A stretch of 64,000 nucleotides of DNA. It comes from Gammaproteobacteria bacterium. GTDB taxonomy: Bacteria; Pseudomonadota; Gammaproteobacteria; Eutrophobiales; Eutrophobiaceae. This document shows positions 11,901 through 22,168 of this stretch, in pieces. A program made the translations under genes and the position numbers. Under the pieces are notes generated by a model. That model saw only the letters and a program-made list of their open reading frames with translations. It was not told the DNA's origin and made no database searches. The stretch covers positions 1,632,001 through 1,696,000 of the forward strand of contig OZ250183.1 of NCBI GenBank assembly GCA_965238225.1, written 5' to 3'. Positions within the stretch are counted from its first letter, which is position 1. Each line of letters begins with the position of its first letter.

Positions 11901-13396
11901 ATGAAGCGCCCAGATTAATTTCATTAAGCTACGAAAGACTCGCTAAAATCCAATTTGATGCGAAGAAATATGCAAATGCGGTAAAATTTTCTGATGAAGG
12001 TCTCAAATTCGACCCTGATAACATTGATCTGGAAACTGCCAGAGCAGATTATATTGTCGAAGAAAATATCATCGATTTGACCCAGAAATTTAAATCATCA
12101 ATTAGATTTAATATAGATGATATATACAGAAAGATCGAGGACATAGAAATATCCAACCCCCTTAGATACAGTAAATTCAAGAGGGATTCTATTAAAATTC
12201 TGGTAGACCGCATCAATAAAAAACTAAATAATAATGAAAAAGATGCTGCTGCGGTGATCGTAGCAAATGCAGTAATATTCTTCCCTAGCAACGCCGAACT
12301 TGAAAAACTCAAAAGTGGTCTGAAACTTAAACCGTGGCCAAATACTATGATTGCAAAGGAAGCCTTGGACGCAGGCGAGCTCACCGAAGCAAAGAAAATA
12401 TTACAGAATGCTCTAAAAAAATTTCCTACACATCCTACCGTTAATAGATTCAAGACTTCATTAGAGACCAAAATTACACAAGCAAATAAGAACTTTGATA
12501 GATTTAAGGCTGAAAAAGATACGGCAGGAACAGATTATAAAAAATTGAACAAAGCCAAGAAATTTCTCTCTCGTGCTCAGCGTTTTTGGATGGATAGTCC
12601 TGTTTTTGACGAAGCCGAGGTGGCGCTGGATAAATTAATTAATAAATACAAGCCAACCTCAAAAAAGGTAATTGCTAGAGAAGTGATCAATCTGGAATCC
12701 TTTGACATAGAAAAACCTGAGACTGCCCTAAGAAAATGGAGACCAATCGACAGTGGTCGGAGTTGTAAGAAAAGACTTGCAGGTTATGGTAAACGCTCCA
12801 AGGCTGTTTGCTACGATTTTATATACTCGGGTTTGCGCGGGCCTTTTATGGTAGTGGTACCTACAGGAGGTGAATTCAGCAGTCATTTTGCCATCAGTAG
12901 GTATGAAATTTCCGTACAGGACTACAGCAAATACTGTCTTATTTCTAAATCATGCCCACAAGAAAAAAATAAAAATCTCTTCAATAACCCAATCACTGGT
13001 ATTGCACTTACTGAAGCAAAAGCCTATGCAGAATGGATATCTAAACGCACTGGCAAAACCTATCGCCTACCAACAGCAAGCGAGTGGGAATATGCAGCAC
13101 AAGCTGCAGGCAATAAAAAGATGAAGAAAAATTACAACTGTAGAGTTATCATTAACAATAAGATCGTTAAAGGTACAGGGCTTGTTAGTGTTAAAACAGG
13201 ACAACCCAATGATTGGGGCTTAAAGCATATGATTGGCAATGTTCAAGAATGGGTCATTGATGGAGATAAGGTGGCTGCTCGGGGCGGCGCTTTTGAAGAT
13301 GTACATTCCAAATGCAAAGTCTCGTTTAGCAAAGAACATAGCGGAATGGCTGACGACGTGACTGGTTTTCGCCTGATGTTGGAAGAAGTAAAGTAG
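8996..13396 (+). CDS. Membrane-anchored Hanks-type Ser/Thr kinase with long helical (TPR-like) region and C-terminal FGE-sulfatase domain
   Basis: GIGGMG, AIK, HSDLKPGN, DFG, TPAYASYE, followed by a TM segment (IAAVFAVVISLGG). C-terminal YRLPTASEWEYAA, PNDWGLKHMIGNVQEW, RGG, GFRL are typical of FGE-sulfatase domains. Confidence 0.9.
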   Translation: MANFKTALEALAKGNMDIDALTKQLLVLLDEAPQHANLMLSQLDEIHDQKIISDQDYTKLKGHINEYRRDHSVETETGTHADDEATVFAHKPDTQDDADDKTQVISSNEGNTQESGVTGFDVTSGTDMGGTDIDLSDIHSPSTISVTETSDATWSEPSTQSPEAQTTALGPGSIIKQRFKLIDVLGIGGMGKVYKGLDLLKEEAKDKKPYCAIKLLNEDFKDHPEAFISLQRESSRQQKLAHPNIATIYDFDRIAGPGTPVYITMELMEGMELKDYIKKTVKKQNGLPFDEAFPMIKQMVDALAYAHDKRLVHSDLKPGNAFLCNDGTVKILDFGIARAVKNPVTGETEKTLFDPGKLGALTPAYASYEMLEGEEPDTRDDTYALGCMAYELLTGNHPFNKLPANKAKENKLKPPMVKGLKKKQNRALQRAIAFERKDRSPTIEHFLKELENKYIWYKSPSTIAAVFAVVISLGGTAPLLNYMNQRNIDRMITDINTGTPQVIVDRLEAINEFETTDQREIIDGAKAAIQDHFSEKIGKLTDTTGDKYDFPEAGLVLARVGKLYPDSSFYLEQSKHIETSKNQKLSTLYSKYSAALSGSSALLDNTKTILERIKTQIDPMDSLLTDPRASNQYRLLAQSAFDQGDLKQATTLITSGIALTDSSIKIAREKEQLASQDEQLQLQAEQLKYEQSLAQLKDVKNKIETKVDIIALEERLGIQSTRLASLIDYQKIKTDVIELTELNPESNTLTSIAASMQNTVTQELVKILTSGNREDAEVFVNEYGDILNALHLNKELTEMKLAHFQGARRSAEIRAIVNTHTSTIDESLKSPNIEDLKWESKILTSVGELDVLSKEDPSAADDLKTIRQKIAQLYIGAAQKTLDAERFYVAKNFINKGRRFAPDDAKISSMSATIEQAEVAYETTYKKKLLVDGLIVEFETKTKANDIAGALDYFKQLEKEIPDNVFVTDEAPRLISLSYERLAKIQFDAKKYANAVKFSDEGLKFDPDNIDLETARADYIVEENIIDLTQKFKSSIRFNIDDIYRKIEDIEISNPLRYSKFKRDSIKILVDRINKKLNNNEKDAAAVIVANAVIFFPSNAELEKLKSGLKLKPWPNTMIAKEALDAGELTEAKKILQNALKKFPTHPTVNRFKTSLETKITQANKNFDRFKAEKDTAGTDYKKLNKAKKFLSRAQRFWMDSPVFDEAEVALDKLINKYKPTSKKVIAREVINLESFDIEKPETALRKWRPIDSGRSCKKRLAGYGKRSKAVCYDFIYSGLRGPFMVVVPTGGEFSSHFAISRYEISVQDYSKYCLISKSCPQEKNKNLFNNPITGIALTEAKAYAEWISKRTGKTYRLPTASEWEYAAQAAGNKKMKKNYNCRVIINNKIVKGTGLVSVKTGQPNDWGLKHMIGNVQEWVIDGDKVAARGGAFEDVHSKCKVSFSKEHSGMADDVTGFRLMLEEVK

Positions 13397-13443
13397 GTAA
13401 AAGAATAAACTAGACTAGACTCAAACAAATAAAGTCAATATTA

Positions 13444-14196
13444 ATGATGAGAGATTTACGCGACCTTGCAGAAGAATACGCCCAAAATGTGATTGACAAA
13501 GCGAGCTATCGCAAAGCTAGGAGCGAGCTAATTCAAGGAATTTGTGCCAAGAAAATTAAAATCAAGGCACGTCAATACTTAACGCCACTTAAAACTGTGA
13601 CTGATGAGTTAAGTAAAACAAAAGAAAATACTATTCTTCAACCCTCTAAGCTGAACAAGAACACTACGCCAACATCAAAAAGACCGGCGCAAAGCTACTC
13701 ATCTCCTTGGGAGAACAAGCATAAAAATATCCTTATTAGTGCAGCAATCATCGTTTGCCTGTGTGTCGTCGTACTATTAATTTTATTGACACCTAAAAGC
13801 GACCCTAATAAAAACCATATCCCAACTGCCGACATTGGTAAGCAGGAAATCCAGTCACACACAGGTCAAAATTTAATTATTGATTTTATCCAGAAGAAAA
13901 ATTGGACAGAGGATAGTCTAGGTTTATTTGTCACGTCGTGGCGTAAGCTCGCAAATGCAGAACGAGCCGCTGCGCAAAACAGTCCAGAAATGAAAAGACT
14001 CATTAATGTTATCTACCAACAACTTCTAAGTGAGCGCGCCTTGCTAGGCTTGGGTGATGTTAAAAACGCGGTCGCCAATCAACGAATATTGGTTAATTTT
14101 GTAGAACATTTGGGAATAGATGATGAACGATTCACTATTACCGAGCCCAAACTCCCTCTTGATACCGAAATTCTTACAGAAAAAACTGCAAACTAA
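13444..14196 (+). CDS. Hypothetical single-pass membrane protein, last gene of the kinase operon
   Basis: 250 aa with one hydrophobic span (ILISAAIIVCLCVVVLLILL). Starts 47 bp after the kinase stop. Confidence 0.75.
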   Translation: MMRDLRDLAEEYAQNVIDKASYRKARSELIQGICAKKIKIKARQYLTPLKTVTDELSKTKENTILQPSKLNKNTTPTSKRPAQSYSSPWENKHKNILISAAIIVCLCVVVLLILLTPKSDPNKNHIPTADIGKQEIQSHTGQNLIIDFIQKKNWTEDSLGLFVTSWRKLANAERAAAQNSPEMKRLINVIYQQLLSERALLGLGDVKNAVANQRILVNFVEHLGIDDERFTITEPKLPLDTEILTEKTAN

Positions 14197-14355
14197 ATTA
14201 AAGTCTGTTGGCAAAAAAATAACAGAAACTGTAAACACCATTGCAAAAAAGCACTAGAAGCAGATACATTAAACTTCCAGCAGTTTATCTAATTTTATGA
14301 ATTCACGTCATTTACAATGCGCAAGCAAAGTGAATTATAAATACAATAATTATTT

Positions 14356-15111
14356 ATGAAAAATACCACCGAAAATATTGATTTTTCTGAAAAATCTAAA
14401 TTTGATGCGCTCGCTTCAAAGTGGTGGAATGCTGATGGTGAATTACAAACCCTGCATGACATAAATCCAACGCGCCTTGCTTACATAGAAAACCATATTG
14501 ACTTAACAGACAAGAAAGTCTTGGATGTTGCCTGTGGCGGAGGCTTGCTGTCAGAAGCTTTGGCATTAAAAGGTAGTTTAGTGACAGGTATTGACATCAG
14601 TGAACCGCTTGTAAAAGTTGCAAATGATCATGCCAGACAAGCAGATCTAAACATTGCCTATCACTGTAAAACAATTGAAGATTTTTCTTCCGATCACGAA
14701 AACATTTTCGATGTTGTTACCTGTATGGAATTACTTGAACATGTCCCTTGCCCAAAATCTATCATTAACGCGTGCATGCGTGTCATTAAACCAAGCGGAT
14801 TACTTTTTTTATCCACAATTAATAGAAATTTAAAGGCTTATCTTCAAACTAAAATTACAGCTGAATATTTATTGAGATTACTGCCTGTGGGAACGCATGA
14901 ATATTCAAAATACATTCGTCCGTCTGAGCTTGCTTTGTTGTGCAGAATGTCTAAATTTACAGTCATTAATATATCAGGAATCTCATATCTCCCTTTCATA
15001 AGACAGTGCCACTTAAAAAATTCACCAGATGTAAATTATATCTTATGTGCTCAAGCTTCATATGACCAATCCGGCAACATAAATTGCGCGCGGGCAAAAG
15101 ACCAAACATGA
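14356..15111 (+). CDS. ubiG: Ubiquinone biosynthesis O-methyltransferase
   Basis: KFDALASKWW...LHDINPTRL, LDVACGGGLLSE, CMELLEHVP, STINRN, GTHEY. Confidence 0.95.
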   Translation: MKNTTENIDFSEKSKFDALASKWWNADGELQTLHDINPTRLAYIENHIDLTDKKVLDVACGGGLLSEALALKGSLVTGIDISEPLVKVANDHARQADLNIAYHCKTIEDFSSDHENIFDVVTCMELLEHVPCPKSIINACMRVIKPSGLLFLSTINRNLKAYLQTKITAEYLLRLLPVGTHEYSKYIRPSELALLCRMSKFTVINISGISYLPFIRQCHLKNSPDVNYILCAQASYDQSGNINCARAKDQT

Positions 15112-15776
15112 TTACAAGTGTCTTTTTTGATCTTGACGGTACCCTTGCAGATACCGCGCTAGATTTGACGAATGCCTTAAACCAGGTGCTTCATGAACAA
15201 GGAAAACCTAAGCTATCTCTAGAGTTTATTAAACCCGCAGTGGCTCTTGGAAGTAATGCCATAGTAAAACTGGCGTTCTCAATCGAAGAGGATGATCCTG
15301 AATTTGACAAGCTCAAAGAACGTTTTCTTAAAGCCTATCAACAAAGGCTACATCAAGACACATATATTTTTTCAGGAATGTACCAAGTACTTGATTACCT
15401 CGAAGGGAACAATATGACATGGGGCATAGTGACCAATAAACCAGAATGGTTAACCAAGCCTGTCATAAAACAATTGCAACTTGCCCAAAGAGCCGCTTGT
15501 ATTATAAGCGGCGATACTACTCGATATCAAAAACCACATCCTGGATCGATACTGCATGCCTGTGATGTTACACAAAGCGACCCTGAAACATCGCTTTATA
15601 TTGGAGATGCCCTAAGAGATATTGAGGCAGGTCGTGCTGCCGGAATGAGAACACTGGTAGCTTGCTATGGCTATATAGCCAAAAATGAAAATCTGCAAAC
15701 ATGGAATGCTGATGGATACATTGCAAAGCCAGAAGAAATTATTGACTGGCTCAAAATAGAAAACAGACATGCCTAA
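15108..15776 (+). CDS. gph: HAD-family phosphoglycolate/MurNAc-6P phosphatase
   Basis: FDLDGTLADT, TNKP, KPHP, YIGDALRDIEAG. ATG at 15108 overlaps the ubiG stop (ATGA). Usual ubiG-gph synteny. Confidence 0.85.
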   Translation: MITSVFFDLDGTLADTALDLTNALNQVLHEQGKPKLSLEFIKPAVALGSNAIVKLAFSIEEDDPEFDKLKERFLKAYQQRLHQDTYIFSGMYQVLDYLEGNNMTWGIVTNKPEWLTKPVIKQLQLAQRAACIISGDTTRYQKPHPGSILHACDVTQSDPETSLYIGDALRDIEAGRAAGMRTLVACYGYIAKNENLQTWNADGYIAKPEEIIDWLKIENRHA

Positions 15777-16003
15777 TGAAATAAGGGGCTGTCCCAGAAA
15801 CCAGTCCATTTCCTCTTTATCTCATTGTTTTAACAGGTTAAAAATTTGATATTAATGTATGTTTGTGTAGTTTTTTCTTATTAAAACGCCCTCACATTCC
15901 TTAAAAATAGCAGGAAATACGCTTTGGGAATACCATTAAATCTTCTTATATGTCATTTTGCCTAGTTCCAGAAATTCTCTATGTCGTTAAACAGGGCTAA
16001 ATA

Positions 16004-16031
16004 ATAAAGAGATCTGCATAGATCCCTTTAT
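16004..16031 (-). terminator. Hairpin terminator after RTX copy A
   Basis: ATAAAGAGATCT-gcat-AGATCCCTTTAT (one mismatch), AT-rich tail, ~75 bp past the stop. Confidence 0.65.
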
Positions 16032-16105
16032 TGTTATTGTCTTAACTTAAACCTTTTATTTCACTTAACTCTTTATCTAAGCTATATCTGGTGTAATTTA
16101 AGATA

Positions 16106-19100
16106 TTAGGCAGTTTGCCATGTTTCAGTCAATACTGTTTGCAGGTTATCAGCAACATCTTGCGTTATGACATTACCTGCACCAAGTGGTACATCATAAG
16201 CTGCCATGGCATTGACTAATTTGTAGACATCATCTTGTAGTAACACTGATGAATCAGTTGTGATGCTGTCCAGCTTGTAGTCATTCTCTCCTCAGTTGGA
16301 AGAACCATAAAAAGGTTGGTACAGTTTTCGTTTCGTACCAACCGCTCACTGTCGCTTGATCATTGGTTCCAGCGATGGTGATTAGTAAGTCTGCATTATC
16401 ACCACGACTAAACCACAAGTCTTCTACTGATACATTGTCAAATTGTAATATATCATTACTCGCTGAGTAGTCCGTATCATAATTATAAATGGTTGTATTA
16501 CCGTCACCTAAAGAAAACAGATAAGTATCGTTACCGTCATCTCCAGTCAGATAATCCTGTCCTGCACCACCACTTAAGGTATCGTCACCAGCACCTCCCC
16601 ACAAGTAATCGTTACCGTTACCTCCGTACAGGGTATCGTTACCTGCATCACCACTTAAAGTATCGTCACCGATTAGCCTCCGCTATAAGGTAATCGTCAC
16701 CGATACCGCCATACAGAGTCATCGATGCCGTCATCTCCGTATCAAGGTATCGTCACCGGTACCGCCGTTCAAGGTATCGTTACCGTCACCGCCGTCTAAG
16801 ATATCATTATCGTTACCGCCGTATAGTGTATCTATGCCGTTTTGTCCGTACAGGGTATCGTTACCGTTACCTCACGAACTTAAGAGTATCCGTCACCAGA
16901 GCCACCGCCTAGTACATCATCACCGTTTTGTCCGTACAGCTTATCGTCACCGTCACCGCCATTTAAGGTATCGTTATCGTTACCGCCGTATAGTGTATCT
17001 GTGCCGTCACCGCCATTTAAGTTATCGTTGCCGTTACCGCCATATAAGTAATCACGACCGTTGCCGCCGTCTAAGGTATCGCTACCGTTAAATCCGTATA
17101 GTGTATCTGTGCCGTCACCGCCATTTAAGTTATCGTTGCCGTTACCGCCATTTAAGTAATCGTCACCGTCACCGCCGTACAGGGTATCGTTATTGTTACC
17201 GCCGTATAGGGTATCGTAACCTGTGCCACCACTTAGTACATCATCGCCGTTTTGTCCATACAGCTTATCGTTATCGTTATCGCCGTTTAAGGTATCGTTA
17301 TCGTTACCACCGTATAGGGTATCTGTGCCACTACCGCCACTTAAGGTATCGTTGCCAGTCCAGCCGCCTAAGATATCGTTACCCGCACCGCCTTCAAGCA
17401 CATCATCGCCGTTTTGTCCGTACAGGGTATCGTTACCGTCATCACCGTACAGGGTGTCGTTATGGTCACCGCCGTATAGGGTATCATCGCCGTTTTGTCC
17501 GTACAGGGTATCGTAACCTGTACCACCACTTAGTACATCATCACCGTTTTGTCCATATAAGTAATCGGTATCGGCACCTCCGTACAAATAATCGTCACCG
17601 TTACCGCCGTCTAAGGTATCGTGATGGTCACCGCCGTATAGGGTATCTGTACCGTCCTGTCCATACAGGGTATCGTAACCTGCATCACCACTTAGTACAT
17701 CATCACCGTTTTGTCCGTACAGGGTATCGTCACCGTTATCACCGTTTAAGGTATCGTTATCGTTACCACCGTCTAAGATATCGTTATGGTCACCGCCGTA
17801 TAGGGTATCATCGCCGTTTTGTCCGTACAGGGTATCGTAACCTGTACCACCACTTAGTACATCATCACCGTTTTGTCCATATAAGTAATCGGTATCGGCA
17901 CCTCCGTACAAATAATCGTCACCGTCACCGCCGTCTAAGGTATCGTGATGGTCACCGCCGTATAGGGTATCTGTGCCGTCCTGTCCATACAGGGTATCAT
18001 CACCTGTACCACCGTTACCACCGTCTAAGGTATCGTTAGTTACCGCCGTATAGGGTATCTGTGCCGTCCTGTCCATACAGGGATATCATTACCATCATCT
18101 CCAGACAAGGTATCGTGACCGTCATGTCCAGACAAGGTATCGTCACCTGTACCTCCAGACAAGATATCGTTACCATTGTTTCCATTCAAGATGTCGTTAC
18201 CAGCACCTCCAGACAAGTAATCATGACCATAACTGCCTTCAAGCACATCATCGCCGTTTTGTCCATACAGCTTATCATGACCGTCAGCACCGTATACGGG
18301 GTGGTATAAGGGATCATCATCGTAGTGACCGCCACTACCGTACAGGATATCGTTACCATCACCCCCATACAAGATATCGCTACCGCTATAGCCTCTCAAT
18401 ATATCGTTATTACTAGAACCATTGATGATGTCATCTCCATGGCCGCTTGTTGCCAATACGTTGGCATCTATATATGCCTTTGTCCATACAGTACCATCAG
18501 CAAACTCAGTTTGGTCTATTTGGAACCTTTGGAAAAGGTAGGAATTTTCATAGGGAAAGTAATTTTGAATCGTTATAGTTTTTGTCGTGTTATTATCATC
18601 ACTTACTTGTAATAGAAGATGATCATATGCGCGAAATATTTGAACATCCGTGGCGGCAATACCTTCTCCAAATTTCAAGATATCTGTGCTACTGCCTAGG
18701 ACACCGTCAGAGCCTACATCGGCATTATAAATAGTTGTATTACCGTCACCTCGAAAAAATAAATAAGTATCGTCACCGTGGTTTCCTTGCATGTAGTTTG
18801 TACCTTTGCCGCCGCTAAAGATATCGTTACCGCGACCTCCATACAAGGTATCGTTACCATCACCGCCATTCAAGACATCGTTGCCATTACCGCCGTATAG
18901 GGTATCGTTACCAGTACCCCCATTCAAGGTATCGTCACCGGTATCTCCAGACAAGATATCGTTACCGTCACCGCCGTACAGGGTATCGTTATGGTCATTT
19001 CCAACCAAGATATCGTTACCGCCACCGCCGTACAGGGTATCGTTACCCCCACGACCTTCTAATAGATCATTACCATCACCACCATTGATAGTGTTATCGT

Positions 19101-21456
19101 TCTCGTCGCCTATAAGCAAGGCGGCATCTATCTGTGTCGATGTCCATACAGTACCATCAGCAAACTCAACTTGGTCTAATCGGTAATCATCCCTGAAGTG
19201 ATCGTAAATCGTTATAGTTTCTGTTGTGTTATCAGCACCACTTACTTGTAATAGAAGATCATTATCTACGCGAGTTGTTTGAACATCTGTGGTAGCAATG
19301 CCTTGTCCAAGTTGCAAGGTATCTGTGCTATTGCTTGTATCAAGGTTATGAATGCTTGTATCACCGTCACCTAGAGAAAATAGATAAGTATCGTCACCCT
19401 TATCTCCAACTAAGACATCTGTACCAGAACCGCCGCTAAAGATATCGTTACCGCGACCTCCATACAAGGTATCGTCACCGTCACCTCCGCTTAAGGTATC
19501 GTTGCCGTCTTGTCCAGACAGGACATCATTACCGTTATCTCCAGACAAGGTATCCGTACCGGAACCGCCGCTTAAGAAATCGTCACCGGCACCTCCATAC
19601 AAGGTATCGTCACCGTCAGTTCCATTCAAGGTATCGTTACCAGCAAGACCTTCCAGTAGATCATTACCATTGCTACCATTGAGAATATCATCGTTCTCAG
19701 AACCTCTTAACGAGTTTGTTGGCAATGTCCATACAGCACCATCAGCAAACTCAATTTGGTCTAATTGGTTATCATCATTTAGGAAGTGATCTATAATCGT
19801 TATAGTTTCTGTCGTGTTATCAGAGCTACTTACTTGTAATAGAAGATTATTACCTACGCGAGTTGCTTGAATGTCTGTGGTAGCAATACCTTGTCCAAGT
19901 TGCAAGGTATCTGTGCTTACGCCTGTATCGTAATTATGAATGGTTGTATCACCGTCACCTCGAGAAAATAGATAAATATCGTTATCGTTACCGCCATACA
20001 AGGTATCCGTACCAGAGCCACCGCTTAGTACATCATCGCCGTTTTGTCCGTACAGGGTATCGTCACCCGCACCGCCGTTTAAGTAATCGTCACCGTTACC
20101 TCCATTTAAGGTATCGTTATCGTTACCGCCGTATAGCTTATCGTTGCCAGCATAACCTTCCAGTAGATCATTACCACTACCACCATTGAGAGTGTCATCG
20201 TTCTCAGAACCTCCTAACGAGGTTGTTGGCAATGTCCATACAGTACCATCAGCAAACTCAACTTGGTCTAATAGGTAAGAATTACCTAGGAAGTGATCTT
20301 GAATCCTTATAGTTTCTGTTGTGTTATCAGAGCCATTTACTTGCAATAGAAGATTATTATCTATGCGAGTTACTGAACATCTGTGGTAGCAATACCTTGT
20401 CCAAATTGCAAGGTATCTGTGCTGTTGTCTGTATCATAATTATAAATGGTTGTATCACCGTCACCTTTGGAAAACAGATAAGTATCGTTACCGCTAACTC
20501 CAATTAAGATATCCGTACCTGCACCGCCGCTTAATGTATCGTCACCAGCACCTCCAACCAGGGTATCGTTACCGCTACCTCCATTTAGGGTATCGTACCA
20601 GTACCACCACTTAGTAATATCGTCACCGCACCTCCATACAGGGTATCGTTACCGTCACCTCCGTACAGAGTATCGTTACCAGCACCACCATTATAGAGGC
20701 ATCGTTACCAAGATTCACCGCCATATAGGGTATCATGTACCGTTTTGCACCTACAGGGTATCGTTACCTGTGCCGCCGCTTAAGTACATCATCGCCGTTT
20801 TGTCCAACCAAGGTATCGTCACCGTCACCACCGTATAGGGCATCGTTATGGTCACCGCCGTATAGGGTATCTGTACCGTTTTGTCCGTACAGGGTATCGT
20901 AACCTGTACCACCACTTAGTACATCATCGCCGTTTTGTCCATAATAGGGTATCGTCACTGTTATCGCCGTTATAAAAGGTATCGTTACCGTCACCACCGT
21001 CTAAGATATCGTTATCGTAAACCGCCGTATAGTGTATCTGTACCGTTTTGTCCGTACAGGGTATCGTAACCTGTACCACCACTTAGTACATCTTGTCGCC
21101 GTTTTGTCCATATAAGGTAATCGGTATCGGCACCTCCGTACAAATAATCGTCACCGTCACCGCCGTCTAAGGTATCGTTATCGTACACCGCCGTATAGGG
21201 TATCATCGCCGTTTTGTCCATACAGGGTATCGTCACCGTTATCGCCGTTTAAGAAATCGTCACCGGCACCTCCATTCAAGGTATCGTTACCGGCACCCCC
21301 TTATAGAACATCATCACCGTTTTGTCCATACAAGGTAATCGTTGCCGGCATTTCCATACAGGGTATCGTTACCAAAGCACCTGGTGAATTCAGGGTATCG
21401 TCGCCATCATTTCCTTCTAATCGATCATCCCCACTATCACCATTAACATTAGCCAT
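16106..21456 (-). pseudogene. RTX / haemolysin-type Ca2+-binding repeat protein, copy A (multiple frameshifts)
   Basis: ATG at 21456 ([15 protein letters not shown]) in the same context as copy B, and the same C-terminus ([12 protein letters not shown] at 16106). GGxGxDxLx nonapeptides are spread over ORFs 18040-20346, 16880-18076 and 16281-16604. Many indels at ~20350-21400 and ~16280-16880. Confidence 0.85.
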
Positions 21457-21860
21457 AATAATATTCCTGTTATTTATACGTTTTATAAAAGGTTGGTTAT
21501 TTGTAAGTTTAATCTTTTTTAAATCTTCTTAACGTTACGGTACAACAATAGTGCTATACAGCGTTCAATCATTAGCCGATATCTTGTTTGCATTTTTGTT
21601 GTCAAAAAGGTATTTAAAGATAAATCCTGTCAATGTTTTGCGTATTTATCTGTGTTTAAGGCTATATCCTTTAATGTACAACTTTTGCTATCACTAAATT
21701 GTGATACCCAAATAGGGTACCCTAAAAAAACGTTATACGAAAGTGGCAAATACATTAAATGTTGATTTAACTTTAGATACATAACATGCCTTATATAGGC
21801 ATTGCACCACTAATATTGTGGGGGGGTATGACCACAAGGTTGGTGAAAAAGTTCCACACC
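21451..21860 (-). repeat. ~410-bp duplicated 5' leader/promoter of RTX copy A
   Basis: Near-identical to 28087-28492, including the RBS context ACAGGAATATTATTATG. Confidence 0.92.
21689..21706. promoter_or_regulatory. Palindromic operator candidate TATCAC-N6-GTGATA (second copy at 28325-28342)
   Basis: Perfect 6-bp inverted repeat ~235-250 bp upstream of both RTX start codons. Confidence 0.35.
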
Positions 21861-21913
21861 GAAATGTAGAATTAGAGGTTAAATAAGATAATATTAAAGG
21901 GATCTAGATAGGA

Positions 21914-22168
21914 TAAAGACAGGACTAAATGTAGAATTAGAGGTTAATAAATAATATAAAGGGATCTGTAGATCCCTTTATTGTTATTGTCTTAAACTTA
22001 AACCTTTTATTTCACTTAAATCTGCTGTGATTAAGCTATTAGGCAGTTTGCCATGTTTCAGTCAATACTGTTTCCAAGCTATCAGCAACATCTTGTGCTA
22101 TGACATTACCTGCACCAAGTGGTACATCATAAGCTGCCATGGCATTGACTAATTTGTAGACATCATCT
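21914..22168. repeat. Duplicated RTX 3' end and terminator block
   Basis: Near-identical to 28814-29070 and similar to ~15990-16235. Confidence 0.9.
21956..21981 (-). terminator. Hairpin terminator after RTX copy B
   Basis: ATAAAGGGATC-tgta-GATCCCTTTAT, perfect stem with AT-rich tails. Confidence 0.75.

Noticed and set aside
20350-21400. Dense indels in RTX copy A as targeted hypermutation (DGR-like)
   Set aside because: No reverse transcriptase or template repeat. The changes are indels rather than adenine-specific substitutions, consistent with poor polishing in repeats or with decay.
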